A stretch of DNA of 64,000 nt from Octopus sinensis. Its lineage: Eukaryota. The number at the start of each line of letters is the position of its first letter. Position 1 is the first letter of the stretch. Below the pieces are notes generated by a model. The model ran no database searches, was not told the DNA's origin, and saw only the letters and a list, made by a program, of their open reading frames with translations. The stretch covers positions 17,422,001-17,486,000 of the forward strand of contig NC_043021.1 in the NCBI RefSeq assembly GCF_006345805.1. Reading direction: 5' to 3'. The position numbers were made by a program, and so were the translations under genes. Shown piece after piece: positions 42,073 through 56,357 of the stretch.

Positions 42073-43223
42073 GTAGAAATACACTGCCTTATTTTCAATT
42101 AATTTTCAAAATAATGAAGAATTAAGTAAATTAACATTTCTGCAATTAAACTAGTATTTGAAAGATAATTTAACATGAAATACTATCATAGAAGCCAAGA
42201 ACTAGTCACAGGTAGGTTGGTATCAAAATACCTTTTTGTTACCATATTTCGCCTATGTTTTAATTAATTTTGAAATTAATGAGGAATTTAGCCAAATAAC
42301 TTTGCTGTTATTAAAACGGTGTTTGGAACATCAATTAGCATGTAACTGATAGAAAGTTTTAATTTAGGTCATTTTACAAAAAGAAATTTGTATCATAGAA
42401 CTAGGCGTGGTTTGGTGAGTGTTGATCTCAAACAGTGTGACCTTTCTGTTCTCTTATTTCTGTTGAGATACATTTGCCTCTGATGTAATTAATTTTTAAA
42501 ATAACGAAGAATTATTAAAACAACTTTGTAGTTATTAATCCTTTAGTGTCTACATGAGCAATATTCATCCTAAATATTCTACATGTTTTGTATGCAAACC
42601 AACCAGATCTGGCCTATCGCACATACCCAACAATGCTATTCTAAAAACACACAATCACATCATTGAAATCTGAAAGCCACAAAATAGTTTCTTTTTACCA
42701 ATGAAAGGTAGATTCTATGAAGCTTGTGCCTGAAGTGCAAGGTTGCATGGCAGTGTAAACATGGGCCCAAAATGTAGAGGATGTGTGAAACCTGGAGAGA
42801 AATTAAGCTAACATGCTTTGCTGGATGTTTAACCCTTTAACTGGCCATATCTAGCTCAAATATTCTGTTTTATGTTGAGACCAACCAGATCTGGCATCTC
42901 ACACGTACCCAACAATGCTATTCTAAAAACAAACAATCACATCGGTGAAATCTGAAAGCCACAAGATACTGCATGGTTAATTCTAAACAATGGGAATAAA
43001 CAAGCATCACCACGTTTGACAGAGGAATCTGAATGCTGAAGAGATAAAGTAGCAAAATAGTCTCATCACTTCATTGGTGACTAGCTTCAATTCTTATAAA
43101 GGAATAAAACTTAATTCCCAGAGATGCACAAACACACGCGCGCATGCACACGTACATGCACACACAGAACTAATTCACATATTCACAAAACCCAACAGCT
43201 GTCTTGGGTTAACCCTTTAGAAT

Positions 43224-43835
43224 TTTATTTCTATATTACCCACAGGGAGCTAAACATAGAGGTGAAAAACAAGGACAGATAAAGGGATTAAATCGATTAC
43301 ATTGACACCCCCCACCCCCCAGTGCGTAACTGGTACTTATTTAATCGACCTTGAAAGGATGAAAGGCGAAGTCGACCTCGGCGGAATTTGAACTCAGAAC
43401 GTGACAGCAGACGAAATAAATATTTCTTTACTACCCACAAGGGGCTAAACACAGAGAGGACAAACAAGGACAGACACACGGATTAAGTCAATTATATCGA
43501 CGCCAGTGTGTAACTGGTACTTATTTAATCGACCCTGAAAGGATGAAAGGCGAAGTCAACCTTGGCAGAATTTGAACTCAGAACATGACGGCAGACGAAA
43601 TAAATATTTCTTTACTACCCACAAGGGGCTAAACACAGAGAGGACAAACAAGGACAGACACACGGATTAAGTCAATAATATCGACGCCAGTGTGTAACTG
43701 GTACTTATTTAATCGACCCCGAAAGGATGAAAGGCAAAGTCGACCTCGGCGGAATTTGAACTCAGAATGTGATGGCAAACGAAATACTGCTAAGCGTTTC
43801 GTCCGGCGTACTAAGGTTTCTGCCAGCTCACCGCC
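43224..43835 (-). mobile_element. SINE family B trimer
   Basis: Three tails and one head; flanked by direct repeat cctttagaatt. Confidence 0.85.
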
Positions 43836-43846
43836 TTTAGAATTAA

Positions 43847-44479
43847 CCCTTTAGAATTAAAACCAGCCATGTCCAACTCAAATATTCTACCTCTTTCATG
43901 TTCAAACCAGCCAGATCAGGCCTTTTCCATCTACCCGACAATATCGTTCTAATAATAAACAATCTCACAGCATCGAAATTTTGAAGTTACAAATAAATGC
44001 AAGATAGGCGCAGGAGTGGCTGTGTGGTAAGTAGCTTGTCTACCAACCACATGGTTCCGGGTTCAGTCCCACTGCGTGGCACCTTGAGCAAGTGTCTTCT
44101 ACTATAGCCTCGGGCCAACCAAAGCCTTGTGAGTGGATTTGGTAGACGGAAACTGAAAGAAGCCCGTCGTATATATGCATATATATATATATGCGTGTGT
44201 GTTTGTGTGTCTGTGTTTGTCCCCTAGCATTGCTTGACAACCGATGCTGGTGTGTTTATGTCCCCATTACTTAGCGGTTCGGCAAAAGAGACCGATAGAA
44301 TAAGTACTGGGCTTACAAATGAATAAGTCCCGGGGTCGAGTTGCTAGATTAAAAGGCGGTGCTCCAGCATGGCCGCAGTCAAATGACTGAAACAAGTAAA
44401 AGAGTAAAAGAGATTCGTTCAAAACAATGCGGATAAATAAGAATTACATTTGAGAGGATAATCCCCGAATGCTTAAGGG
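43847..44479. mobile_element. piggyBac-like MITE (second family) interrupted by SINE A
   Basis: TTAA|ccctttagaatt ... aatgcttaaggg|TTAA; relatives at about 16130-16356, 29110-29290, 42536-43050 and 57504-58140. Confidence 0.65.
44007..44412 (+). mobile_element. SINE family A reference copy (tRNA-derived, CORE-like)
   Basis: Pol III A-box tggctgtgtggtaag, B-box ggttcagtccc, CORE-like accttgagcaagtg, internal TA/GT microsatellite, (agtaaaag)n tail; more than 20 copies in the window. Confidence 0.9.
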
Positions 44480-45485
44480 TTAAGCTGATGTTGGGGACAT
44501 AAATAAACTTGAAATGAGCCAGATGCGACAAAGTGGGCCACACCGAAGATACACTGTGGAGCAGAGGGTGGCGCTAACCCAAAAGGTAGGCCTCACTCTG
44601 CAATGCCGTAATGTCTAAAATAAATGTTGGGTATGTGTGGGATGGGTGGGAGGCAAAGAATGTGCTCACGTCGGAGAGGATAATGGATGATGGTGAATGA
44701 GAATAATGTCTGTCCAAGGCGCTGTGCAGCAGGACTGAACCAGAAACCATTTGGTTACGAAGTAAGCTTCAAAACCGCACACACAAGCGAATAAAAATAC
44801 TTCCTCTACATAAGTCTGAATGAACCTAATTTCATTTGTTTCTTACTCTCTCTCTTTCTCATTTGTACATATATATATACATGCATATATTGTGTGTGGT
44901 GGTGTGTGTGTGGTGTGTGTGTATATATGTATATATATATGTATATATATATATACAATATATGTATATACATTATATGTATATATATTATATATATATA
45001 TATAAATATATATGTATATACATATATATGTATATGTGTATATATGTGTGTATATATATATGTATATATATATATATATATATATACATATATATGTAAT
45101 ATACATATATATGTATATATATATATATATAATTAAATATATATGTATATATACATATATATGTTATATGTGTATATATGTGTGTATATAATATATATAT
45201 ATTATATACATATATATATATATTATACATCACAACACATACATAGATATACCCACACATATGTATATGTATACATACATGTGTTTGTATATATTACATG
45301 TGTGTATATATACATAAATATTTGTATATACATACATAAATATATATACACACACATATACATACGAGTTTTATGTAAGTTTTGCATGTATAAGCAGATT
45401 GTTTCATCATCATTTCAAATGTGTTGTTTGTCCATTTATTGACACTTGCGGCGGCATGTTTTGATTTATGTCTGGAGAGAATTCC

Positions 45486-45518
<33 letters not shown>

Positions 45519-46016
45519 ATGTAGGTGAGGTGATACAAACAAGAGTACACGTATACATATATATATCAATATACACATATATATGTAATATATATATGTA
45601 ATATATATATATATATCTATCATCATCATCATCATCATCATCATCATTATTTAGCGTCCGCTTTCCATGCTAGCATGTGTTGGACGGTTCAACTGGGGTC
45701 TGGGAAGCCAGAAGGCTGCACCAGGCTCCAGTCTGATCTGGCAATGTTTCTACGGTTGGATGCCCTTCCTAATGCCATAAATATATAAATATATATATAA
45801 ATATATATTGTTATTTTAATTTTAATATTTCTATTATATGTAATTTTCTAGATGGTGTAATTTAATTGTTCATTTTGAATTGATAAAAGGTGGATTTTTC
45901 TATTTTATATATATATATATATATATTATATTTTGTGAAATTTGATTTTTTCCCTGTAAGTTAGGAATGATATTCCCTCAAACAATTATTATATATATAA
46001 ATATATATATATATAA

Positions 46017-46222
46017 AGTTAATCCAAACATGAAAACACAAAGAGAAAACACAACATCGCGAGGACGTGGAACAAATATAGTATTATTGGACGCTCAGGA
46101 AAGAAGGAGGGTTTAATGTTTCAAGCGGAGCTCTTCGTCAGAAACATAGGAAAAGGAAAGATCCAGAGAAGGGAAAACGGAGGAAAAAAATCGACAATGG
46201 TACACACGTGGTCACATTTTGA
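46017..46222 (-). mobile_element. Penelope-like pseudo-LTR-type repeat with hammerhead (46111-46145)
   Basis: Minus strand gttt-CTGACGA-a-gagc-tcc-gctt-GAA-ACAT-T-aaac; homologous to 18885-19092; flanked by (TA)n. Confidence 0.72.
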
Positions 46223-46384
46223 ATATATATATACAATGGGCTTCTTTCAGTTTCCACCAAGAAAATCCACTCACAAGGCTTTGATAGGCCCAGGGTCATT
46301 GTAAAATACATTTGCCCAAGTTGCCATGCAGAGAAACTGAACTTGAAACCATTTTGGTTGGGAAGGAAGTTTCAATGCAACAAG

Positions 46385-46540
46385 ACTGGACCCTTTGAAT
46401 TACAGGTACAATGCAGTTTTGCCACCTGAGAGGACTGGAGCAATATGAAATAAAGTGTCTTGCTCAAGGACACAAAGCACTGCTGGGAATTGAACTCACG
46501 ACTGTACGATCACGAGCTTAACCATTTAGCCATGTGCTTT
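46385..46540 (-). mobile_element. CORE-like tRNA SINE (family E)
   Basis: Minus strand tggctaaatgg A-box, gagttcaattccc B-box, gtccttgagcaagacact CORE-like motif; relatives at about 28270-28520 and 34945-35440. Confidence 0.65.
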
Positions 46541-47338
46541 CATGATTTCTAGGATATAAAATATCTAGCATTCCTTTCGATTTGTGATAGATTTCAGAAA
46601 TTAGAAATTCTGACAAGTGTTTGGCGATAACTAGGTGGACGTATCCATTAGGTTCCCCCACTTTGTCTTTCTTTAAAAATTTCTTCAGAATTCTGTTTTC
46701 AACAACAGATTATAATTCTAAAAATTAAAAAACAGAAAAATGCTTTTCAAATTTTTAATTTCCTTCTCTTTCAAATTTTTTGTTTTTAAGCTTTTTATCC
46801 GAAAGAAATATTTTTCTGAAAAAAATTTTGATATTTTCGTTTTTTATTTTTAAAAATATCAATACTGATTGCTTACAATAATTTCTCTCTTTCAATTTGT
46901 GATTGTAAATTGAAAATAATGTCAAAACCACCATTTTTCTTCCTTTTTTTTTTTGATATTACTCTTTAAATCCAAGCCTTCCACCAAATATTTACGTAAG
47001 AACTGGTTTTTGTAAAGTTATTATTCAATTTGACAATATAATAAAATAAAAACAATTTAATTATTTTCCTAAATCTCTCCGTTTCATGATTATTTTCAAA
47101 ATTAATTTCAAACATATCAACAGAGTTGCATGGTAGAAATATTTTCCAATTCAGCCGAAAGGTCAACATTTTTGAGAGCAGGATGTTACTTGATCTGTTT
47201 GGCCCCCAGTGCATGACTGGTACTTTATTTTATTGGCCCTGGAAGACTGAGAAAGCAAAACGCTGGAAGAAACACCGCAGAACCTTTTGTCTGATTGCTC
47301 TACCAATTTAATCAGCTTGTTACCAAAAAAGTATCATG

Positions 47339-47374
<36 letters not shown>

Positions 47375-47634
47375 GTTTCAAATCTGATACAAGGCCAGAA
47401 ATTTTGGTGAGGAGGGGGATGAGTCGATTACATCAACCCCCCAGTATTTCACTGGTACTTAATCTATCAACCCTGAAATGATGAAAGGCAAAGTTGACCT
47501 TGGTAGCATTTGAACTCAGCACATTAGTGAAGACGAAATACCACTAAGTATTTTGCCCAGCGTGCTAACAATTCTGCCACCCGCTACCTTAATAATAATA
47601 ATAATGATAATAATAATAATGATAATAATAATAA

Positions 47635-47669
<35 letters not shown>

Positions 47670-48598
47670 TAATTCTTTTATTGGCCACAAGGGCTGACAA
47701 AAATTACTTAGAACATAAAAGGGACAAAACAGGACGAAAGGTTACAAAGGGTTTTGTCCGTTTGTAAAATCGAGTAAAAAACAGTTTTATAAGAATAATA
47801 ATAATACTAATAATAATAACAGCAGTAATAATAATAATAATAATCCACTGTTGGCACAAGGCCTGAAATTCTGGGGGAGGGGACAAGTCAGTTACATTGA
47901 CCCCCAGTGGTCAACTGGTACTAAATTTATCGATCCCCGAAAGGATGAAAGGCAAAGTCGACCTCGGCGCAATTTGAACTCAGAACACGGAGACAAATGA
48001 AATGCAGCTAAGCACCGTGCCCAGCTTGCCACCATACTACTACTGCTACTACTAATAGTGATGATGATGATGATGATGATTGTTTCTGCTTTAGGCACAG
48101 AGAGAATAATTTCGAGGGGAGGGGCAGTAGTCAATTACATCGACGCGACCCAGTACTTGGTAGGTGCTCTGTTTCGTTTCATGGGGCCCAGAAGGGTGAA
48201 AGTCAAAGTTGACCTCAATGGGATTTGAACACAGAACATAAAGGGCCACCAGAACGAAAACCACAAAAGACATTTTGTCGGACACTTTGATGCTTCTACA
48301 AATCTGGTTCTTGTCAGAAATATGGCCAAGGAAGGGGTAATGCCACTGCAGTCCCTACCATTGCCACTACTGACACCACTATCGCTGCCACCGCCACCAC
48401 TACTACCACCACCACCACCACCTTGTGGTCCTTGAGTGTCTTCCGAAAAAAAGGGCTAATGTGCAAGTATTCAGACCGGGATTTGGGTTTCAGGTTAAGG
48501 CTCTCCCTTCCTCCCAGCATTTTTTTAGGGTCTTGCAAAAAAAAAAAAAAAATAGAGGGTCCTTTGGTGCTAGCCTAGCTTCTTTCCCTAAGCCTTTA

Positions 48599-48651
<53 letters not shown>

Positions 48652-49037
48652 GTGTGTATCAAAATAATAAAGTTTTGCTCTGTTTAAAAGCCGTGCTTTA
48701 ACAAAGAATTGTGGCAGAAAATTCACATGAAAAATCTTGTTTGTGCACATAAATCATTAAATTTTCTTTTACATTTCTTTCTCTTTTTCTTTTTTCTTTT
48801 TTGCTGAAGCCTGAATTAATAACTGTTGATGAAAAACAAATATCAAAGAGAAGAAAAAAAATGAAGCTTGCTTTAACCGGAACTTTAAAATTTCCCATTT
48901 AATAGCAAATCTTTTGTTATCTCAGCCGATATATCGGTAAACAGGTGTCATTGAAGATTTATATGGTGGAACACCTAAAGCATGTTTTAAATGACACTGA
49001 TTTTGAGGGAAGTGGGGGAGGGGAGGGTGAGAGACAG

Positions 49038-49075
<38 letters not shown>

Positions 49076-49441
49076 TGTGTGTGTGACGAGGGGGGGGGAA
49101 AGAAAGAGCGAGAAAAAGAAGGTCCTCTTTGTGGAGTTATCGAGAGTTTTTCACCTGACCTGAATGCCAAACAAACCTACTCCATGCTACCAACAGAAAG
49201 AAACAAACAGCACACAGTTATTATGTAATGAGGTGGTGATGGCGGTGAGGGGTGGGGGGGGGCCACCGAAACAAACTGCATCATACTAAATCATGCCAGG
49301 AACAAAAGGAAATATCTAGTAAATACTATAGCCGGGAGGTTTGTTTGTTTTGTTTTTTTTTTGGGGGGGAGGGTTAGGTGGGGGATGGGGGGGGGGGAAA
49401 TTTCAGGTGTAGTTTGACCTGCTAAAAAATATTAACCAACA

Positions 49442-50100
49442 GGCGCAGGAGTAGCTGTGTGGTAAGTAGCTTGCTAACCCACCACATGGTTTCCGGTTCA
49501 GTCCCACTGCGTGGCATCTGGGCAAGTGTCTTCTGCTATAGCCCCGGGCCGACCAATGCCTTGTGAGTGGATTTGTAGACGGGAAACTGAAAGAAGCCTG
49601 TCGTATGCATGAGTGGCTGTGGGTGGTAAGTAGCTTGCTAACCAACCACATGGTTCCGGGTTCAGTCCCACTGCGTTGGCACCTTTGGCAAGTGTCTTCT
49701 GCTATAGCCCGTGCCGACCAATGCCTTGTGAGTGAATTTGGTACGGAAACATGAAGAGAAGCCTGTCGTATGCAGGAGTGGCTGTGTGGTAAGTAGCTTG
49801 CTAACCAACCACATGGTTCCGGGTTCAGCCCCACTGCGTGGCACCTTGGGCAAGTGTCTTCTGCTATAGCCCCGGGCCGACCAATGCCTTGAGAGTGGAT
49901 TTGGTAGACGGAAACTGAAAGAAGCCTGTCGTATGCAGGAGTGGCTGTGTGGTAAGTAGCTTGCTAACCAACCACATGGTTCCGGGTTCAGCCCCACTGC
50001 GTGGCACCTTGGGCAAGTGTCTTCTACTATAGCCTCGGGCCGACCAATGCCTTGTGAGTGAATTTGGTAGACGGAAACTGAAAGAAGCCTGTCGTATATA
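49442..50100 (+). repeat. Four tandem copies (~165 bp) of the SINE A tRNA/CORE head
   Basis: gagtggctgtg...aagaagcctgtcgtat units starting at about 49442, 49606, 49771 and 49935. Confidence 0.9.
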
Positions 50101-50851
50101 TGTATAGCAAGGGAGGATGGGCACAAACAAGCCCAAAGATTGGGGTGGGCTGCACCTGCCTATCTCAGTTGCTATGGCATTGAGGTAGATCCGGCCTCCC
50201 TCGTTAACGGGGACAAAACCCAGATTTAAAACACTGATGATGATGATGATGGTGAAGGAAGCTTTTCTAAGAGAAAGACAGTCAGACATAAAAATTGCAG
50301 TCAAAAAGAATCAGTCGTTTTGCAATGACAGTCCCTGGAATTTACTATGACGAATGAGAGAGGGGCAAAAATGTTGTACAAGCATTTGGCCACTTAAATC
50401 CAATGACGTACAGATGTCGCACAATCGTTTCATTCAGGCCAAACATGAGACAGCTATCATCTGACGGCAAGATGAGGCAATCATCATGTACGTAAGTAGA
50501 TTTTTTAAAACTTTTTTTCCTTTTACTTGTTTCAGTTATTTAACTGTGGTCATACTGGAGCACCACCTTACAGTGTTTTAGTTGAAGAAATTGACTGCAG
50601 GACTTATTCTTTGTAAGCCTAGTACTTATTCTGTTCGTCCCTTTTGCCGAACCGCTAAGTTAAGGGGACAGAAACGCACCAGCATCATTTGTCAAATGAT
50701 GGCAGAGGGGGCAAACACAGACACATAAATATATGGTTCCAGGTTCAGTCCCACTCTGCAGCACCTTGGGCAAGTGTCTTCTGCTATAGCCTCAGGCTGA
50801 CCAAAGTCTTGTGGAGTGGATTTGGAGAATGTAAACTGGAAGAAGCTCGTC

Positions 50852-50925
<74 letters not shown>

Positions 50926-52246
50926 GTGTATGTGTGTGTGTGTGTGTGTGTATGTGTGTGTGTGTGTGTGTATGTGTGTGTGTGTGTGTGTATGTGTGTG
51001 TGTGTGTGTGTGTGTATGTGTGTGTGTGTGTGTTTGTCCAGCCCAACATCACTTGACAACCCATGCTGGTGTGTTTACATCTCCGTAACTTGACGGTTCA
51101 GCAAAAGAGACTGATAGAATAAGTACTAGGCTTACAAAGAATAAGTACTGCGACCAATATGTTTGACTAAAAGGCGGTGCACCAGCATGGCCGCAGTCAA
51201 ATGACTGAAACAAATAAAAGAATAAATAAATATACGATGTGCTTCTTTCAGTTTCCATCTACCGAATCCACTCACAAGGCTGAGGCTATAATACAAAAAC
51301 ACTTTCCCAAGGTGCCATACAGCAGGACTGAACCCAGAACCATGTGGTTGAGAAGCAAGCAGCCGTCCCTGTACCTATATGTAAATATGTATGTATGTAT
51401 GCATGTATGTATGTATCATTGTTTAAATGTCTACTTTTCCATATCAGCATTGGCCAGAAAATGACATGTTTTGCAAACAACTTGCACATGCAACTGCTAC
51501 CAGTCAAAAGCTCCGTATACCGGAAGCTAGCAAGTGTATAGGGTCATCAGGAGAGAATGCGCGCTGTTTCGGGGCCTACCTCTCGCCGGCATCAATGTGC
51601 GCCGGCCCCCCCCTCACTGATATGAGGCCCCGCTTGCTAGATCAGCTGGTTATCAAATAAAGCTCAATATTCTTCTAGCCATTGCTCATCGTCTCTTTTT
51701 AACCAAATCCAGTGGCTAGCCTTCTCCACTGTAGATTGGATATCGGTCATGATGGTATTGACTTTACGATGAGTTAGGCCTAGCGATAACAAGACTGGTG
51801 GAAGAAAAGAAAGAACTGATTGTCAAAAAAGAACCTTAGCCCTAATGCTTGCAGCTGTGTGCTGGAGGCACCCAAGAACCAAATATTGGTGCTAAAGGTA
51901 CAGGAAAACCAGGCAGAGGTGTTCAATCAAGGAATGCATTAAGTCTAGCACCAAAGAATTAGAACTGGAACAAATACCAGAAAGATAATTAGTCTTACAT
52001 TCTAATGACTGCTAATTAGCTGTTAAAAATTTTTTAAAAGCCACACAATTTTAATCATAAGTTAATTGGTAGCGTGAAGTTATTAATTTAAGCCTTTTGT
52101 AACCGTTTTTCTGTTGAAATAGACTGCTTTGCTGGTTTCAATAAATTTTGAATATAATGAAGAATTTATTAAAAGGACTTTCTAATTATTAACCTGGTGT
52201 TTGGAAGATAAATTAACATGAAATTTTGATAGAAGGTTTTAATGTG

Positions 52247-52282
<36 letters not shown>

Positions 52283-54029
52283 GGACGCTAAACGATGATG
52301 ATGATGATGATGATGATCACATGAAAATGGGGGAATTTGTATGATAGAACCAAAGACAGGCTGGTTGGTATCAAAAGAGTTAAGCCTTTTGTTACCGCAT
52401 TCCTGCCTTTGTTTCAGTTCGTTTTGAAAATAATGAAAAATTTATTAAAATGACTTTGGTGTTTATTAACCTGGTGTTTGGAATATGAATTAACGAGAAA
52501 TCTTGATGGGAGGTTTTAATTTAGTTAACTTCAAACCAAAAAGTCGGTAACGTAGAACTGAGGGCAGTCACAGCCAGGTTTGTATCAGAAGGATTAATTA
52601 ACAATGAAATTAAGATTGAGTTAGTAATTAACCTCGAGCACTATTAGTTTGAATCAGCGTTAATGAGTTTAAAATTGTGAAGACCCAGAGGTTAAGGAAA
52701 GACAATATGATATTCCATTTGGTGGGGTCTGTAAATGCACGAATAAAATACCTAAAATTGGTTGACAAAGTCACAGTTAGATCGTATGGAATGATATTGA
52801 ACCATTTTGATCTTCCACCTGGGATCACTACCTGTTCTATGAGGGAAACTTTCTATTCCTTAATTAAAGCCCTCAAGCAAAATTTTACCAAAATTCCCAA
52901 ACACTGACTTCATAATGTCAAAGATATTTTACTTAATTCTCTATTACTCTTTTACTTTGTTTCACTCATTTGACTGCGGCCATGCTGGAGCACCGCCTTT
53001 AGTCGAGCAAATCGACCCCAGGACTTATTCTTTGTAAGCCTGGTACTTATTCTATCGGTCTCTTTTTGCTGAACCGCTAAGTTACGAGGACGTAAACACA
53101 CCAGCATCGGTTGTCAAGTGATGTTGGGGGGGGGGACAAACACAGACACACAAACATATACACACACATACATATATATATACATATATACGACGGGCTT
53201 CTTTCAGTTTCCGTCTACCAAATCCACTCACAAGGCTTTTCTTTTTTTTTTACAAGGTCTGGGGTCTCCTGCCCCTAAGCCCCTAGACCATCACCTAATC
53301 ACCCTTACCTGTCTTCTTGCTTAACAACATCAACAACAACATAACAACAACAACAAACAGCAGCAGCATCAATAAGAAGGTTAAATACACACACACACAC
53401 ACACAATGTGTCAAGCCTTAATTTTCAAGTTGTGATCGCTAACTATGGTAGGTATGTCAACGAAAACCAAATAAACATGTTTATGAAAAGATGTTTATAA
53501 ACACAAACTGCAAATGATGTGTCAGACAACTCTTGTATCTCTCTCTCTCTCTATTTAGACCTTTCTACCTACATACCTACCTGTTTTTCATACTCACATC
53601 CATCCATCCATCCATCCAGCCATCCACCTATCTATCTATCGACGTCTCTCTACAGCTAATTCTCTGTCGACCTCCATCTGTCTGTTATATATAGAACTCT
53701 GCAGACCTCTCTCTCTGTTTTACCTCTTGCAACTGTCTGTTGTTGCATATCTCTTTACCAACCAACCTTCCTTGTCTGTCTATCTTTTGTAAATATCCAT
53801 CAGTTTTCTCCAAATATACTTATATATAATGACCAAGAAACCCATCAATTTATTTACTCCTGTTTACCCATCCATCCTTCCTTCCCCATTTTATACCTAT
53901 CTATCTATCTGTCTGTTTATCACCATATCTCTATTCAGTTGTATGAGTGTATGCCTATCTATCTTTCTTTCTATCTATCCATCTATCTGTTAACATTTAT
54001 CTATCTATCTATCTATCTATCTATCATTC

Positions 54030-54650
54030 CCCACCCCTGATCCCTTTTGATCGGAATTTTACGTTTTTTTCTTATTTTCCCCCCTTTTTCTTTTTCATTT
54101 TCGAAAAGAAAAGCTCTACATTTGTATTTGTCCCCTCTGTGTACAGTTCTGTGTGGCCAATAAAGAAAGTTATCTATCTATCCATCTGTTAACATATCTA
54201 TCTGCCTACCTTCCTGTCTATCTAAATATCTATCTATTCATCTACATACCTACCTATCTATCTATCTATTCATCTATCTATCTATTCATCTATCTATCTT
54301 TTAACATTTATCTATCCATCCATCCGTTAACATATCTATCTGTCAGTCTGTCCATCGATCTATATGTATATCAGTCTATTTATCTACCTCTTAACATATC
54401 TACCTATCATTTACCTGTCTATCTATCTATCCATCCATTTAAAAAAGATTTTTTTTAATTTTTTTTTTTGTTCTTTTCTTCCCTTTTCTGATCCCTCTTG
54501 ATCGAAAACCTACGCCACCCCTTTTTTTTTGTTTCTTTTGTTTTTTGTTTTTTTCATCCCCCAAAAGAAAAGCTCTACCTTGTAACTTGTCCCATCTGTG
54601 TGCAGCCCTGTGTGGCCAATAAAGAAACTTATCTATCCATCCATTTGTTA
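54030..54650 (+). mobile_element. Two retroelement 3'-end fragments running into (TATC)n
   Basis: aaagctctac...ttgtccc.tctgtgt.cag...tgtgtggccaataaagaaa.ttatctatc at about 54110-54180 and 54570-54640; minus-strand copies at about 62510-62580 and 62845-62970. Confidence 0.6.
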
Positions 54651-55665
54651 ACATTTATCTATCTATCTATCAACATATCTGCCTGCCTGTTTGTCTGTCT
54701 GTCTGTCTGTCTGTCTACATAAATGTTCAGTTGAACAAACAACAGAAAAGTGTTCACAATATATGCATGCAATAGACTCTATCTATTTGTATAGACATAA
54801 AACCATGCATAACTATATCTATTTATACTTGGCCTATATTTACATACACACATACACACACACACACACACACACAGAGTTTTACACCAATTTAAAACCT
54901 CCAGTGTCCATGTATATATATACTAATGCCCTTTTACTTGCTTCGGTCATTTGACTGTGGCCATGCTGAAGCATCACTTTAATGGGGGGTTTTTTTAGTC
55001 AAAGAAATCGACCCCAGGACTTATTTTAGCGATATCTTTCGCCGAACAGGGATGTAAACACACCAACATCGGTTGTCAAGCGATGGTGGGTGGACAAACG
55101 CAGACACACACACACACATAAGTGTATATATATATATATATACGATGGGCTTCTTTCAGTTTCCATCTACCAAATCCACTCACAAGACTTTGCTCAGACC
55201 AAAACTATAGCAGAGGACACCTGCCCAAGGTAACATGCAGTGGGACTGAACCCAGAACCATGTGGTTGGTAAGCAAGCTTCTTACCACACAGCCACACCC
55301 GTATATCTCTTTTATCTTTTACTTATTACAGTCATTGGACTACGGCCAGACTGGGGCACTTGTTTATTTTTTTGTAAAGCTTGTTACATATTCTGTTAGG
55401 CTCTTTCGCAGAACCATTACATTACAGGGATGTAAACAAACCGACACTAGTTGTCAGGCGTTGGTAAGGGACAACCATATACACTAAGTCACACACACAC
55501 ACACACACACATACACACACACATATATATATGTGTGACAGGTTTCTTTCAGTTTCCCCTCAACCAAAATCCACTCACAAGGTTTTAATAAATCCAGGGC
55601 TACAATAGACACTTGCCCAAGGTGCCACACAATGGGACTGAACCTGAAACTATGTGGTTGGGAAT

Positions 55666-55726
55666 GATAAAACTCTGAGTTTCAGATGCCGAGGTGGAAA
55701 TCCACGCCATCATCTCTTCAGTTATC
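55666..55726 (-). ncRNA. Type-I hammerhead ribozyme motif with extended stem II
   Basis: Minus strand: gataa-CTGAAGA-gatg-[atggcgtggatttccacctcgg]-catc-t-GAA-ACTCAGAGT-T-ttatc; 5-bp stem I, palindromic stem III, GUU site; inverted partial copy on + at 55747-55791. Confidence 0.75.
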
Positions 55727-56357
55727 CGGCCATCGATAGCCGGAAACTGAAGAGATGACAGCGTGGATTTCCACCTCAGCATCCGAAACTCTCACACACT
55801 CCCTCAGCATCCCACACACACATATATAAAGATGGGATTCTTTCAGTTTCCATCTACAAAATCCATTTACAAGGCTTTGGTTGGCCCGTCGCGAGAACAA
55901 AAGACACTTGCCCAGGGTGCCTTACAATGGAACTGAACCCGGAACCACTTCTTACCACACGGCCACGCCTCAACCAAATGTGTGAGTGGTCGGTATGCAC
56001 TTTTACGAGCGATAATTAACGTCACTGAATGTACTTCTTACAAGAAGACGAGGAGGTGCAATGGGGGAGGTTTTCATAAATGAATGAGCAAGTAGTGTTA
56101 TACAAAACATAGTCCACATTTTCATTGAATAACAGACAAATAAAACATCAACTTTTGTACGTGTGTGTACGTGCGTAAAGTACATGTGCATACACACACA
56201 CATATATATATACAAATACATACACACACACATATATATATATGTGTGTGCAATACCCATGTACATTCATCATATCTAAGTACATTTACTATATACATAT
56301 ACATACATAGAAACATGTATATATATATATATATATATAAGTATATATATATATATA

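Noticed and set aside
44007-44085. tRNA genes
   Set aside because: A/B boxes belong to SINE heads that continue into body and tail; no convincing cloverleaf seen
50290-50500. Unique segment ending in a gtaagt splice-donor-like motif
   Set aside because: No clear acceptor, stops in the frames examined, no recognisable protein similarity
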